A stretch of 64,000 nucleotides of DNA from the sequence record NZ_CP081674.1; one strand, 5' to 3'. Positions 1 to 10,291 of the stretch are shown in pieces. Source of the DNA: a plasmid. Under the pieces are notes generated by a model. That model did no database searches. It had not been told where the DNA came from and saw only the letters and a program-made list of their open reading frames with translations. A program made the translations under genes and the position numbers. Position 1 is the stretch's first letter. The number at the start of each line of letters is the position of its first letter.

Positions 1-2104
1 GGGCCGCTCCGTTAGCGCTGGACTCGTCAGTTCGGTGCCGCTCGATCGGCGGGGCTTCGACGCCGGTGGGTACAACGTCGCGGGCACCGGACCGATCCCC
101 GTCATGTCGCGAACGTCGCGCCGCTGACTGCCGCGATCCGAAGGTCTCGTGCTCACCCGCGGGCTGCGAGGTGCCTTCGGTTGGGTGATGGCGGTCGGGA
201 TCGCGCCGGTCGGGTCCCGAGGATGCCTGCGGACGTTCGGGCGCCGGACCTGACGACGACGCCGGTTTGCGTTCCTGCTTGTTCTCTTTGTGCTTGCGGA
301 CCGCATGCACCGTCGCGCCGACAGCGGCTGCTGGAAGTGCCACCTCCGGGGCTAGGACCTTGGTAGCCGTACCGGCCGCGGCCCGCGTGCCTGTTGCGGC
401 GGCGGCGGACTCCGCTGCGCCGGCCCCGCTCGCAGCTCCCTGGACTGCTGTGCGGGGAAGTAACCGCTCGCTGACCCACTTTCTGCTCACCCGGGTGTTA
501 GGCCGCGGCTTGAATGTGTCGAATCCTGGCGCTGAAGACGCGGATTCGCTGGCGGCTGCCTCGCTCGCGTCGCCGTCCTCGCCGCCTTGGCGGCCGAAGC
601 GCTTGCGTGCCTTGCCGAACATTCCGCGTGCCTCGTCGACGCCGTCGCGAGCCTTGTTGTAGTGGTCCCGCGATCTGTCGGCTAGTCCACCGGCGGCGCC
701 GCGAATGGTGTGGCCGATCGTGCCGATGCCGTCGGTATGGAACTGTTTTTCGATGAAGCGGAACAGCACGAGCGCTACGACGGCCGCCAGCATGACGATC
801 AACATTCGCGGCATCACGCTGATGGTGCCCGTGCCCAGCGTAGTGGTGGTCAGCGCGAAGCCCAACCACACCATCACGATTCCGAGAAACGCGGTATAGA
901 CGGCGAGCTCGACAGCGTGCAGGAGGAGCTGCCAGGCGCTGTGCTTGGCGTAGGCCATGGCTCGGTCTGCGAGTCCACTCATCCCGACCATGAACGCGGG
1001 CCCGACAACAGTGCCGAAGTAGGTGGCCTTCAACCCCACCAGGAAGTTGGTGATTGAGACGTACCAGAGGAATATCGACAGGCCCAGGCCGGCGCAGCAG
1101 AACAGGAGCGCTGGAACGAAGTCTCCCCCGCCCAGCTGCTGAGCATGTGCCAATGCCTGCGGGGCGCCGCATCCACCCTGGTTGATGCCGCGCATGGCCC
1201 ATGCTGGTCCAGGGCCAGCGCCGTTGGCTGACATCACCGCACGAGACCAGGCGTCGGCGCATCCTCCGATGTCGTCGATGACCATGCCAAAGTTGACGAC
1301 CTGCACGGGATGGCGGACTCCGGAGGTAATCAGTTCACCGATCAGGGCATTCTGTTGTGCGTCGAGGGATTGGCCTGGGGCATATGGGTGCCCACGGGTC
1401 GCTTGGGCGATCGCGAAACCGGTTTCGCGGCCCATCGCGAGAAGGCCGTGCTCGCTGTAGAGTTCGCCGATCGGGTCGGCGAACACAGTGAGCAGCAGGA
1501 CGGTGAACAGGGCGCCGGTGCCGATCAAGGCCCAACCCCGGCCTGCTCGTCCCCGCAGAATGTGAAGGCCGCCGATCACCACGCACAATGTCACCGTGAT
1601 GGGTCCCAGGTAGAGCTGATTGGCCACGGTGGTAACGGCGTTGTAGACGGGCCGTGCGATAGAGGCGATCAGCACCAGCCACTTGGTGGACAGTGCAAAA
1701 CGCAGCAGCCACAAGCTGGTTCCCACCATGAAGATGTAGATGCCGACAGTGCTGGTGATCCACCACGCCGCGGTGGAGTGGGTCAGCCCGGTTTGGAGGA
1801 CCTCGGCAGTCCACTTCATCCAGCTGACCGGATCCAGCAGTGAAATTTCCTGACCGTTATTGAGAGCGGCTTCGGGTGTGCTGACCATGGACACGAAGTA
1901 GGCGGCGATCGGCACGCCGTAGCTGTCTCGAATACCCGTCCAGCCCAGAGCTGCCGCCCCGGCTGAGGCGGTCGCAGCTGGAGCGTTGACGACCGACCAC
2001 AGCGCCAGGGTGTGCACGATGGTGATGACGGTCGCGATGCGTCGGGCTTTGGGATTGCTGGCCCACCAGTAGGCCAGCCGATCGGTGCGGGGCGCCGTGG
2101 TCAT
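1..2104 (-). CDS. Large polytopic membrane protein, 3' end beyond window. The reading frame stays open from the ATG at 2104-2102 to position 1, over 700 codons. The first ~480 aa hold several hydrophobic helices and the tail is Ala/Arg-rich. Possibly a TcpH/VirB6-like conjugation channel component.
   Basis: Manual minus-strand translation gives a stop-free frame with high GC3 and TM-like segments. The ATG overlaps the TGA of the upstream VirB4-like gene as tcat/ATGA. The ORF is absent from the supplied track because it has no in-window stop. Confidence 0.45.
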   Translation of the reverse strand, partial: MTTAPRTDRLAYWWASNPKARRIATVITIVHTLALWSVVNAPAATASAGAAALGWTGIRDSYGVPIAAYFVSMVSTPEAALNNGQEISLLDPVSWMKWTAEVLQTGLTHSTAAWWITSTVGIYIFMVGTSLWLLRFALSTKWLVLIASIARPVYNAVTTVANQLYLGPITVTLCVVIGGLHILRGRAGRGWALIGTGALFTVLLLTVFADPIGELYSEHGLLAMGRETGFAIAQATRGHPYAPGQSLDAQQNALIGELITSGVRHPVQVVNFGMVIDDIGGCADAWSRAVMSANGAGPGPAWAMRGINQGGCGAPQALAHAQQLGGGDFVPALLFCCAGLGLSIFLWYVSITNFLVGLKATYFGTVVGPAFMVGMSGLADRAMAYAKHSAWQLLLHAVELAVYTAFLGIVMVWLGFALTTTTLGTGTISVMPRMLIVMLAAVVALVLFRFIEKQFHTDGIGTIGHTIRGAAGGLADRSRDHYNKARDGVDEARGMFGKARKRFGRQGGEDGDASEAAASESASSAPGFDTFKPRPNTRVSRKWVSERLLPRTAVQGAASGAGAAESAAAATGTRAAAGTATKVLAPEVALPAAAVGATVHAVRKHKENKQERKPASSSGPAPERPQASSGPDRRDPDRHHPTEGTSQPAGEHETFGSRQSAARRSRHDGDRSGARDVVPTGVEAPPIERHRTDESSANGAA

Positions 2105-4668
2105 GCTGCCGCCTCATCGTTGTCAACGTCCACAAGAGGTGTGCTGTCGAAGTCGGCGGCCAGTTCGGCAAGGGGTGCGCCGAAGAATTTCGCGCGGGCG
2201 AACCGGCGGAACTCGTCGACGATGAACCCTTCTCCGCGGCGGTGAGGGTCGACGTAGCCGATCTCGTCGTCGTCACCGGTCAGACTGGTGTTTGCCGGGC
2301 TGGTGTCCTCGGTGTAGGACTGCAGCACATCCGGGTACTGGGTGGGGTCGATACCGGCCCATGCCAGCGTCTGCTCGGCCAGGTCGGGATCAGTGAGGCG
2401 AAACAGCCATTTCTGGGTGATGAACTTGTCGCCCATGCGTGCCAGATGGCGGAAGTCCTGAGTGATCAGGGTAATGCCGGTCGCATGCTTGCGGCCTTGC
2501 GTTGTGATGCGTTGTGCGGCACGGGCGCCGGGTGGGTAGGCGAGCAGTTCGGCGCACTCTTCGAAAATCATGCTGCCGTACACGTCGCGTCGCTGGAAGA
2601 GTTGGTGTTGTTCGAGGTCGACGATGAGGCCGTACATCGCCATGCCGGCGACCTGTCGGGTGGTCAGGTCTAACCCTGCCCCGCCCTTCATGGCCGATTG
2701 AATCTCGTCGGCGTTCGGCAGCGCGAGGTTGCGGGTGAGCCAGATCGTCACCTGAGAGTCGCCAGTCAAATACGGCTGGCGTGTCGGATCAAATAGCGCC
2801 TGGGTGTAGTACGAGGAGGCTGCGGCTTCCAGCAGGATCAGTAATTCGTTGTCATGCGGATTGGGTTGTCTGCGTAGGTATTCGATGAGGTCGCGCATGC
2901 GTCGGATGCCGTTGGCTTCCCGGTTGTCTGGGCGCAGGGCCACCTCGAACTCGGCGCGCAGCCGACTGCGAGCGTCGACTCCGATCATGGGCAGAACATG
3001 ATCGGCGGCTCGTGACCCTGCCTCTTCATAGGGGAAGATGATCAGCGGGTCGAGCGACATGTCCGATTTGGTTGGATCAATCACGCGGACGACATCGTCG
3101 CCAGCGCCGCGAAACGCTTTGGCCCATTCCCCGTGTACCCCAGGGTCGAAGATGCGCAGCTGTGCCCGTCGGATCATCAGCTCGAAGGCAGATAGCTTGG
3201 TTCGATTGGACTTTCCGGATCCGGGCTCCCCCACGACGCCGAGCCCGGTGTTGTGATCCCTGCGCGCGCATCCCTCCGGATCGTGCAGGATGATGCTCTG
3301 GCGGGATGTGTTCTGGTTCAGTGCGAGTGGACTTCCGGTCGAGTTACCGCAGGCATCGCTGACAAATGGCAGAAACCTCGACCAGCGGTGCGCGGTTGTG
3401 GGATTGCGGAACTGGTCGATCGGGCTGGAGATTTCGCTGCCGGGGTTGAACGATTTCCACAGAACACGGTGCGAACCGCGCCGCCGGCTAAAGGCGATCG
3501 ACACCGAGTCGAGCTCTTGGCGAAGCTGCTTGACCGCATCCTCGACGACATCGAGCGATTCAGCACCGATCGCGATGATCGTTGAGCTGTCAACTTCACG
3601 CTCAGTCGGATTGCCGTTGAGCTCACCCGAATAATCCATCGTGCTGTCGAGCTTTTCTTTGAGTTTCTCGTCATCGGCCTCGTCGCGTCGTGCCGCACGC
3701 TGACGTCGCTGATCGCGAATGTTCTTGGCGTTGCGCCGGTTAGCGGTAAGCGCTTGATCGGGCTTGGCCACATTGACGTGCTGTAGCCAGTCGATGACAG
3801 CAGGCGTCTCGACGTTGTCAAGAGCCCGAAGATAGGCTGCACGAGGAAACCGCAGGCCGTACCTGGGGAACGATTCGACAGACAGCAGCGCCTGATAGCT
3901 GACCGGTCCGATCAAATTCTGGTTCTCGTCGAGCTCCTGCACCCGCAGGACCGACCGGCGACTGGGCCACCAGCGCCGCAACCGTTCTCGGCTTGCGCTC
4001 TCATCGAAATCCCAACGGCCAAACATGAAGCCGGCCAACTCATCCGGGCCCGATCTGGCATCCGGCAGTGGCTCTGTAAACACACCGCGCAGTGTGTTGT
4101 GACGGTGATGCCACAGAATCTGGGACGGGGTAGCCGCGGTGAAGTGGAACTCGTCAGGCAGCGCCGAGACGATCTCGCTAGCCAGCGCCGCGTAGCCGTG
4201 AACCGACTCCTCAGAGTCCGGGTCACGGCCAATGAGCCAGGTGGCGAGCTTTTGGACCTTGCCGACGGCGGTACGGCCAAGCCGGCCCGCGTCGACCGGC
4301 ATGGTCATCCAGAACAAGCGATCCTGCGGCCCGATCCCCTCGCCCGTCTGTAGAGGATCAGCGACGATCGGTGTCCATGCTTCGCGCGAATACACCGCCC
4401 ACGACGACTGCTCGCCATGACGTCCAACAACCTTGTCGAGGATCGCTGCCTGGTCGGCGTCAGCGACCAATCCATACAGCAGGCTGCCCGAGGCCAGGTT
4501 ACGGCCCAAATTGCGGTGCGAGGTCGCTGCGCGCTCGAAGCTCGGCATCGGACGCAGCGTCGTGGCCAACCCGTGCACGAGGTAGTCGGCGTATACACCC
4601 GAGTTCGTGAACCGCAGGTTGCCGACAACCCTCGTCGGTGGATCCAGGGTGGGATCAACGCGAACCAC
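2101..4668 (-). CDS. virB4: VirB4/TraE/TcpF-like conjugative transfer ATPase, 855 aa.
   Basis: Walker A motif GEPGSGKS in the translated ORF. Size and layout fit DUF87/AAA_10 conjugation ATPases. It sits next to small membrane proteins and a TcpC-like gene. GTG start. Confidence 0.6.
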   Translation of the reverse strand: MVRVDPTLDPPTRVVGNLRFTNSGVYADYLVHGLATTLRPMPSFERAATSHRNLGRNLASGSLLYGLVADADQAAILDKVVGRHGEQSSWAVYSREAWTPIVADPLQTGEGIGPQDRLFWMTMPVDAGRLGRTAVGKVQKLATWLIGRDPDSEESVHGYAALASEIVSALPDEFHFTAATPSQILWHHRHNTLRGVFTEPLPDARSGPDELAGFMFGRWDFDESASRERLRRWWPSRRSVLRVQELDENQNLIGPVSYQALLSVESFPRYGLRFPRAAYLRALDNVETPAVIDWLQHVNVAKPDQALTANRRNAKNIRDQRRQRAARRDEADDEKLKEKLDSTMDYSGELNGNPTEREVDSSTIIAIGAESLDVVEDAVKQLRQELDSVSIAFSRRRGSHRVLWKSFNPGSEISSPIDQFRNPTTAHRWSRFLPFVSDACGNSTGSPLALNQNTSRQSIILHDPEGCARRDHNTGLGVVGEPGSGKSNRTKLSAFELMIRRAQLRIFDPGVHGEWAKAFRGAGDDVVRVIDPTKSDMSLDPLIIFPYEEAGSRAADHVLPMIGVDARSRLRAEFEVALRPDNREANGIRRMRDLIEYLRRQPNPHDNELLILLEAAASSYYTQALFDPTRQPYLTGDSQVTIWLTRNLALPNADEIQSAMKGGAGLDLTTRQVAGMAMYGLIVDLEQHQLFQRRDVYGSMIFEECAELLAYPPGARAAQRITTQGRKHATGITLITQDFRHLARMGDKFITQKWLFRLTDPDLAEQTLAWAGIDPTQYPDVLQSYTEDTSPANTSLTGDDDEIGYVDPHRRGEGFIVDEFRRFARAKFFGAPLAELAADFDSTPLVDVDNDEAAA

Positions 4669-5092
4669 TGTGTCTCCTCGTTGATGGACTCGGACGTACT
4701 GACCGGCCTCTCGGTGACCGTTTCGAGGCCTCCCGCGTGCGCACCGACGTCGCTACCGGCCGACACAGCACCGCATTGACGAAGAACTGTGTGCGGGTCA
4801 GCAAATCGGGACGCGCCTTGGGCAGAAGAAACCGCAAGGTGACTACTAAGAGAAACGTGCTCAGTGAAGTGATACCGAGAACCATCAACAGATGGGGCGA
4901 CTGCTGGTTGTGACGTACCCACAACAGCGTTGGCGTCATGATGATGGCGATGACGGCAAGCTCAGGCCAGCGGTACGGACCGCCCGGGAGCTGGTTGCCT
5001 TGCGAGGACTCCCCCGCCCAGATGGGAACGTCTCGGATACCGGTGTAGATGCGTGCGTTGTCGCCCGAACTCGGGGCTGTTGGCTTGGTCAT
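4655..5092 (-). CDS. Small membrane protein, 145 aa, with 2-3 hydrophobic helices. Overlaps the VirB4-like start by 14 nt.
   Basis: ORF with hydrophobic stretches IAIIMTPTLLWV and LLMVLGITSLSTFLLVV. Operon context. Confidence 0.4.
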   Translation of the reverse strand: MTKPTAPSSGDNARIYTGIRDVPIWAGESSQGNQLPGGPYRWPELAVIAIIMTPTLLWVRHNQQSPHLLMVLGITSLSTFLLVVTLRFLLPKARPDLLTRTQFFVNAVLCRPVATSVRTREASKRSPRGRSVRPSPSTRRHSGSR

Positions 5093-5367
5093 TATCCGGC
5101 GTAGATGCTGGGAGTGTAGCCAGTCCGGTCACGGACCTCCTGCACACCCATGTCGCGGAATGCGACTGCGTTGTAGATCAATACCGAGAACAGGATCCCG
5201 CCGAAGAACGTGGCGATACCGGCGCCGATACCGACCTTCCATGAGGTTCTGAGCCCGATAATGATGCCCAGGGCCATGGCCCCGAGCCCGCCCAGAATCA
5301 CCACGTAGCTGAACATCTCTTGGCCGAGTCCTATGATCCCGCCTGCGGCCTGAACGTTGGCGTCCAT
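5092..5367 (-). CDS. Small 2-TM membrane protein, 91 aa. Possibly a VirB2/pilin-like or TcpE-like conjugation component.
   Basis: Two Gly/Ile-rich hydrophobic helices in the ORF. Position is between the VirB4-like and TcpC-like genes. Confidence 0.4.
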   Translation of the reverse strand: MDANVQAAGGIIGLGQEMFSYVVILGGLGAMALGIIIGLRTSWKVGIGAGIATFFGGILFSVLIYNAVAFRDMGVQEVRDRTGYTPSIYAG

Positions 5368-5571
5368 CGTGACTAATCTCCTTTTTCTTTTGCTGATCTG
5401 GGTTGCGACGTTTCTGGGATGACGACCCGTTGGCCGAGGAATGCGACGAGGACCAGCTGCGCGCAGACCATGGCCACCAGTAGCGATCGATCCAAATTTG
5501 GCCGTGCTTCAACTGCCCGGAGCGTCTCGCCGGCCACCGACCCGATCATGTTCATGGGGTGCAGGCCTCCT

Positions 5572-6555
5572 CTACTTGCCGGTGCCGTTGGCGCTGGGCG
5601 TCGGTGGCTCGGGGTCGGACTCGGCCAGCGCAGGGACCGCATCCAGTGCCGCGACAAACCAGCTCCCGCCGGTCGCGCGAATGGTGAGCGGATAGGACAG
5701 GTCATAGGGGGTGTAATCGGCGGACCGCGCCGACACAGTCACCCGCACAGACAATGTGGTGTTATCCGGTGCATCGTCTGGCGGATTGGTGATCGCCTGC
5801 ACGCCGGTAACAGTGGCGCTGGCGTAAGGATTCTTGACAGGTCTCAGGCGGGAGTCGGTTGTGATGTAGCGATCGAGACTTCCGGTGGGCCGGCATGGCA
5901 CCTGCGTCCCTTCGCCGGTTCCACCGACGCAGGGATTATTCGATAGATAGGCGCCGATGAATCCGGCCAGCATCACAGCTAGCGGATGTGTGGAGGGAAT
6001 GTTGACCGGATAGCCCAATTCGACATCGACTCCGGCGGGAGGCTCGTCAACGTAGGCCAGATTGTCCAGGGCGCGTACGGCATCCCCGCCATACACTCCG
6101 ACGGGGATCTGGTAATACAGCCGGACCGGTGAGGCGCTCGGATATGCCTGAGTCGTCACCCCGACCAACACGCCGTAAGTCCGCAGATTAGCGCGATCGG
6201 GCCCGTGACGCCGAGCGTATGCCGACGGATTGCTGACCATCATGGATGGTGTTGAGGGCACCGTCAGTTTGGCTGCGTTGGGAAAGCACCGCGACAAGTC
6301 GGTACCTTGGGCGCTAGCAGCGGTGAGATACGTTGTCACGCAGTCAATCGCGAACGATTTCACCAAGTCCGAGGAATTGATCGTCTTATCAGCAATCTCG
6401 GCGATCGGCGGTGGCGGATCAGGAAGCACCCAGCCCAGTACGGTGTTGGCCCCGCTAATTGACGACGTCACTATCAGAACGCCCAGAATGATGCGGCCTG
6501 CGCCGCGCGTGCCGACGTTCAGCCGCCGCTTCCAGACCTTGTTGAGTTTCGGCAT
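5572..6555 (-). CDS. Membrane-anchored extracytoplasmic protein, 327 aa. TcpC-like conjugation protein candidate.
   Basis: N-terminal TM helix (RIILGVLIVTSSISGA) followed by a beta-rich soluble region. Size and position fit TcpC-like proteins of actinobacterial T4SS-like systems. The call comes from architecture only. Confidence 0.4.
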   Translation of the reverse strand: MPKLNKVWKRRLNVGTRGAGRIILGVLIVTSSISGANTVLGWVLPDPPPPIAEIADKTINSSDLVKSFAIDCVTTYLTAASAQGTDLSRCFPNAAKLTVPSTPSMMVSNPSAYARRHGPDRANLRTYGVLVGVTTQAYPSASPVRLYYQIPVGVYGGDAVRALDNLAYVDEPPAGVDVELGYPVNIPSTHPLAVMLAGFIGAYLSNNPCVGGTGEGTQVPCRPTGSLDRYITTDSRLRPVKNPYASATVTGVQAITNPPDDAPDNTTLSVRVTVSARSADYTPYDLSYPLTIRATGGSWFVAALDAVPALAESDPEPPTPSANGTGK

Positions 6556-6561
6556 GGCAGT

Positions 6562-7620
6562 TCACTTCACCTCGTGCCCAATGATTTTGATGCTGCTGAT
6601 GGCGAACTTGCCGTCGCTGGGATGTGGTCGGTCGTCTCCGTTTCCAAACACAGGATCGGTCGTAGCGGGCAGCCCCGGGCCACCGAAAATCGGCGCGAAT
6701 ATGTCGTTGCCCGGTCCAGCGGCGGCTGGTGTGGTTGGCGGTGCCACCAGCGGAGGACGGTTCGTCTCTTGGATCAGGACGGTCACCACCGACGCCAGCG
6801 GACGCGGTACCGGCATTACCGCCTCACCGTGTGCGTTGCCGGTGTCTTGCGGCTTGAGTGTGTTGGCAGTGTCGTTGAACAGCCATTGCAGACGCTTGAC
6901 CACCCGGTACTGCGGCCAAGGGTCAGCCTGGTCAGGAGCATTGGATTTGCTCACCGCACCCGGAACGATCGAGACTGCCGTGATCACCGCAGGCCGATCC
7001 AAGGTCAGCGTCAGCATCTCACCAGGCACCGCACTGGCGCACACCCAGGGAGCGTTCGAATGCGGATCGGCAAGCAGCTGCGCCGACGTGGAGCCCGGCA
7101 GCTTGTCACACGGCGACGTAGCGGTGAACCGCAACGGGCCATCGACAGCGGCGGGAGCCGCCGACGGCGGTGGTGGCGGCGCGGCCGGCTTAGCGACTGC
7201 GCTGGGCGGCGCCGGTGGTGGCGGAGGGTCCTCGCGAGAGAACACCGAGCTGGCCACCAGGGTCACAATCGTGGCGACGACCGCGGCCGCACCGAAACCT
7301 CCGGCCACCCAGGGATTGAACCGGCGGCCCTCGGAGCCTGATTCGTCCTCATCGGCCTCGGGGTCTGCGTCGGCGCGCTCGACCTCGATGCCACTGTGAT
7401 CTGATTCGACATCTCGCCCAGCCGCCTCAACCGACTCGTCTGGCCCCTCGATCAACTGCTGGTCATCGTCATCACCGGACCATTCGTCACCAGCGACGCC
7501 GTCGTACTCGCCGTCATCCAGGTCGGCGAAGTCGTGGTCGGCCTCGGTGGGCTGGCCCATGCTTTCGCGAATCTTGGTGATCCACGCCGCCTCCGCGCGA
7601 GGCAATTCAGATTGGCTCAC
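6562..7620 (-). CDS. Membrane protein with a strongly acidic N-terminal region, 352 aa.
   Basis: ORF with a D/E-rich N-terminus, one TM helix (AAAVVATIVTLVASSVF), a Pro-rich linker and a C-terminal domain. Confidence 0.45.
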   Translation of the reverse strand: MSQSELPRAEAAWITKIRESMGQPTEADHDFADLDDGEYDGVAGDEWSGDDDDQQLIEGPDESVEAAGRDVESDHSGIEVERADADPEADEDESGSEGRRFNPWVAGGFGAAAVVATIVTLVASSVFSREDPPPPPAPPSAVAKPAAPPPPPSAAPAAVDGPLRFTATSPCDKLPGSTSAQLLADPHSNAPWVCASAVPGEMLTLTLDRPAVITAVSIVPGAVSKSNAPDQADPWPQYRVVKRLQWLFNDTANTLKPQDTGNAHGEAVMPVPRPLASVVTVLIQETNRPPLVAPPTTPAAAGPGNDIFAPIFGGPGLPATTDPVFGNGDDRPHPSDGKFAISSIKIIGHEVK

Positions 7621-8057
7621 CGACGCACCTGCCCATGGTGTGCGAGCACCATGCGGTCCTCGTTGGAGAAAATCTCAGTGGCGGGCTTGCCCCACGCCAG
7701 TGATCCAGCCGACGTCAGGGAGCGAAGACCCCGTTCATCGCCGATCACAAGCGGCACCTCAACGGAGGCCGACTGCGCAGGCCGCGACGCGACCACGGCT
7801 GCCGACGGTGTCGGAAACAGATGAGAGGGCGCAACTGACTGCTCGGTACGCGCCGTCGCACGATGCCATCGCCACCAGCGCAAAGCCACGATCACAACGG
7901 CTGCCGCTACCAGGACCGGCCAAAACCGCAGCACGAGATCCACCACGACGAGCACCGCGACGGCGGCCATTGCGCAACCCATCGCCACCAGTGACAACAG
8001 CATCTTCATCGTCGACTCCTCGCTCCCCACTCCTCGGATAGTCAGCTTTGCACGCAA
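7617..8057 (-). CDS. Small membrane protein, 146 aa. It may instead start at the internal Met of MKMLLS.
   Basis: ORF with two hydrophobic helices. The 4-nt overlap with the downstream gene suggests coupling. Confidence 0.4.
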   Translation of the reverse strand: MRAKLTIRGVGSEESTMKMLLSLVAMGCAMAAVAVLVVVDLVLRFWPVLVAAAVVIVALRWWRWHRATARTEQSVAPSHLFPTPSAAVVASRPAQSASVEVPLVIGDERGLRSLTSAGSLAWGKPATEIFSNEDRMVLAHHGQVRR

Positions 8058-8128
8058 CCGTAGTCAGCTGTAGTCGATTATGTCGACAACTGTGGACGAC
8101 TTTGGTTGATTATGGTTAGTTTTGGGCG

Positions 8129-8554
8129 GTGGACAAACCCGAGAATCTCGCCGACCCAGCGCCCCCGTCTGGCCCCGCCCGCCTCGATTTCTTCGTGCGC
8201 AGACGGTCCGCTCAGATGCGCATCAGCCCTCGTGAGCTGGCGCGCCGCGGCGGCCCCAACCGGACAACCCTGCACAAGGCAATAAATGGAACAGGCCGAC
8301 TGCGGGAATCAACTCTGACTCGGATCGACACCGCGCTGGGCTGGGCAGAGGGCTCGGCAGCACGGATTCTCGCCGGAGGAGTGCCCGAAACCCGCATGGC
8401 CGCAGTCCAGACCGATGAACTGGTCACCACCGTGATCAGCGCGGCGTTGACCATGCTCGGCGACGCCACCGACCTGCTGGTCAACACTCAGACCCTGCTG
8501 CAAGAACTGGTGACCGACGACGAGCCCCACGTTGCTGTTACCGGGGGTGCATAG
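8129..8554 (+). CDS. XRE-family helix-turn-helix transcriptional regulator, 141 aa.
   Basis: HTH-like segment ISPRELARRGGPNRTTLHKAINGTGRLRESTLTRIDTALGW. It is the first plus-strand gene after the 70-bp divergent intergenic region at 8058-8128. Confidence 0.55.
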   Translation: MDKPENLADPAPPSGPARLDFFVRRRSAQMRISPRELARRGGPNRTTLHKAINGTGRLRESTLTRIDTALGWAEGSAARILAGGVPETRMAAVQTDELVTTVISAALTMLGDATDLLVNTQTLLQELVTDDEPHVAVTGGA

Positions 8555-8556
8555 GA

Positions 8557-9369
8557 GTGTCGACCGCGATCTATACCTTCGCTGAAGAACGCCGCGCGTG
8601 GATCGCCGCCCACGCGGGCATCTTCCTCTTTCAGAAGCGCCGCGCAGAACTGCTCGGCAAGGCTATTCGCGCCCGTGATCGCCAGCGGCTCGGCGTACGG
8701 CCCGACCCTCACGACGACGACGTGACACCGCCCCTGGTTTTCCGTCAAACCTCAACCGCCACCGGAGGGTTCGAGACAGCCATCGTGGTGGCGTGCGCCG
8801 TCTCAGCCCCGTTGGCCTGGCCGCTGGGGCGGCTCCTCTACGGGTGGATCACCACGTTGATCCCCGATCGACTGCTTGGCTATCCCATTCCAGCGCTGCT
8901 GGGCACCGCGGCACTGTGCGGACTACCGCTCCCGCTGTTCTATGACCCTTCGCCCAGCGTGTGGGCCGTCGTTGTCACTCCGTGGCTGCTGGCACAACTG
9001 CCGGCGGTGTTTCTCGCCGCCGGGCTCTATGGCGTCCTGGAGGGCTGGCTTGCCGTCGATGGTTCCAGCCACTGGTGGCCCCTGACTCCCGTCGCCGCGC
9101 AACTCGACGACGATCTGTTTCTGGGCGGCCGCGACGTCGCCATGCCCACAATCCTCGACCCCCCGGACCGCGCCGAACCAGCGCGACGCAACCCGCTGTC
9201 CATGCCACGCATCAGCACGCCCGCCATCCGCTGGATTCCCTTGCTCGTCACCGGAATCCCAATCACGCTCGGTATCACCTGGTACCTGTGGCAGGTTGCC
9301 GCAGCGCTGCTCTCACTGCCTTCAGAACTTCTCCAAACCAACTACCCGCCTGCCAGCCCCTACCTCTAG
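8557..9369 (+). CDS. Integral membrane protein, 270 aa.
   Basis: Several hydrophobic helices. Its start lies 3 nt after the XRE gene stop. Confidence 0.5.
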   Translation: MSTAIYTFAEERRAWIAAHAGIFLFQKRRAELLGKAIRARDRQRLGVRPDPHDDDVTPPLVFRQTSTATGGFETAIVVACAVSAPLAWPLGRLLYGWITTLIPDRLLGYPIPALLGTAALCGLPLPLFYDPSPSVWAVVVTPWLLAQLPAVFLAAGLYGVLEGWLAVDGSSHWWPLTPVAAQLDDDLFLGGRDVAMPTILDPPDRAEPARRNPLSMPRISTPAIRWIPLLVTGIPITLGITWYLWQVAAALLSLPSELLQTNYPPASPYL

Positions 9370-9473
9370 CCCAACGCCCCCAAACACCGGTTGAGGGACG
9401 CGGATAACTCAATAAGCAAGCCAGTCACCGCATTTCACGCAACCCCACCACCCTCAGAAAAGGCGCCCTATCC

Positions 9474-10217
9474 ATGTGGAGCAAAGTATTCGGATCCAGC
9501 GCTGCAGCTGAACTCAGACGAGCCCGCATCTTCTTCTGGGCCGTCATCCTGCTGTCCAGCGCTACCTCCATCGCGGGCAACGGTGCACACACCTGGGTAG
9601 CTACCGATGTCACCATTCCTCGTGAGCTGGCCACCGCCGTCGCGGTGGCACCACCGGTTTTTCTCATTCTCTGCATCGAAGGCATTGCTGCTCTGATCCG
9701 TACCGTGTACCAGGCGACGTGGCTGTTCTGGGCGAACGTCGTCATGACGGCGATCCTGGCGATCTTCGCCTGCGTCCTCTCCTTTGAGGCATTGCGCGAC
9801 TTAGCAATCGGCGCAGGAATCCCCCGTGAAATGGCGTTCATGTGGCCCGTCATCGTTGACGTGGCCACCGCCATTGCCACATCCTCCGTCGTCTACTTGT
9901 CACGATTCCGCGAAGGTCGGCTACCCGAGGTGAACGTCGAGCAGAGCATCGAGGAGCCCGACGAACTGTCGGATCCTTCAGATAACGAATCCAGCGCGAC
10001 CACCATCACACTGCGTGAGGAACACGCTGAACGTGCCGCCACCATCCGCTCGCGCCGTAGGCTGCGCAAGTCCACCGACGAAGTCCAGCGAGTTCTGGCG
10101 CTGTCGGACAACGGAAAAACCGTTGACGATATCGCAGCCATCACCAAGATGACCCCCGGTACTGTTCGTCGCATCCTCGGAACCGACCGTGCAGTTGCTG
10201 CACTCCACGAGGCGTAA
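9474..10217 (+). CDS. Integral membrane protein with about 4 TM helices and a charged C-terminal tail, 247 aa. Possibly DUF2637 or Spd-like.
   Basis: Hydrophobic helices in the ORF. A GGAG-like RBS (ccatgtggagcaaagtattcggatcc) lies upstream. Confidence 0.5.
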   Translation: MWSKVFGSSAAAELRRARIFFWAVILLSSATSIAGNGAHTWVATDVTIPRELATAVAVAPPVFLILCIEGIAALIRTVYQATWLFWANVVMTAILAIFACVLSFEALRDLAIGAGIPREMAFMWPVIVDVATAIATSSVVYLSRFREGRLPEVNVEQSIEEPDELSDPSDNESSATTITLREEHAERAATIRSRRRLRKSTDEVQRVLALSDNGKTVDDIAAITKMTPGTVRRILGTDRAVAALHEA

Positions 10218-10291
10218 GTGCGCTATGTCGACGGCAATTCGATCATGCGCGGGGATGTTGAAATGTCAGACCGGAGAGGGAGAATCAGGCC

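Noticed and set aside
498..1262. 254-aa minus-strand ORF, very Arg-rich, overlapping the polytopic membrane protein gene in another frame.
   Set aside because: Its composition (R, G, P-rich) is typical of an out-of-frame shadow ORF in high-GC DNA. The overlapping frame gives a coherent membrane protein with high GC3.
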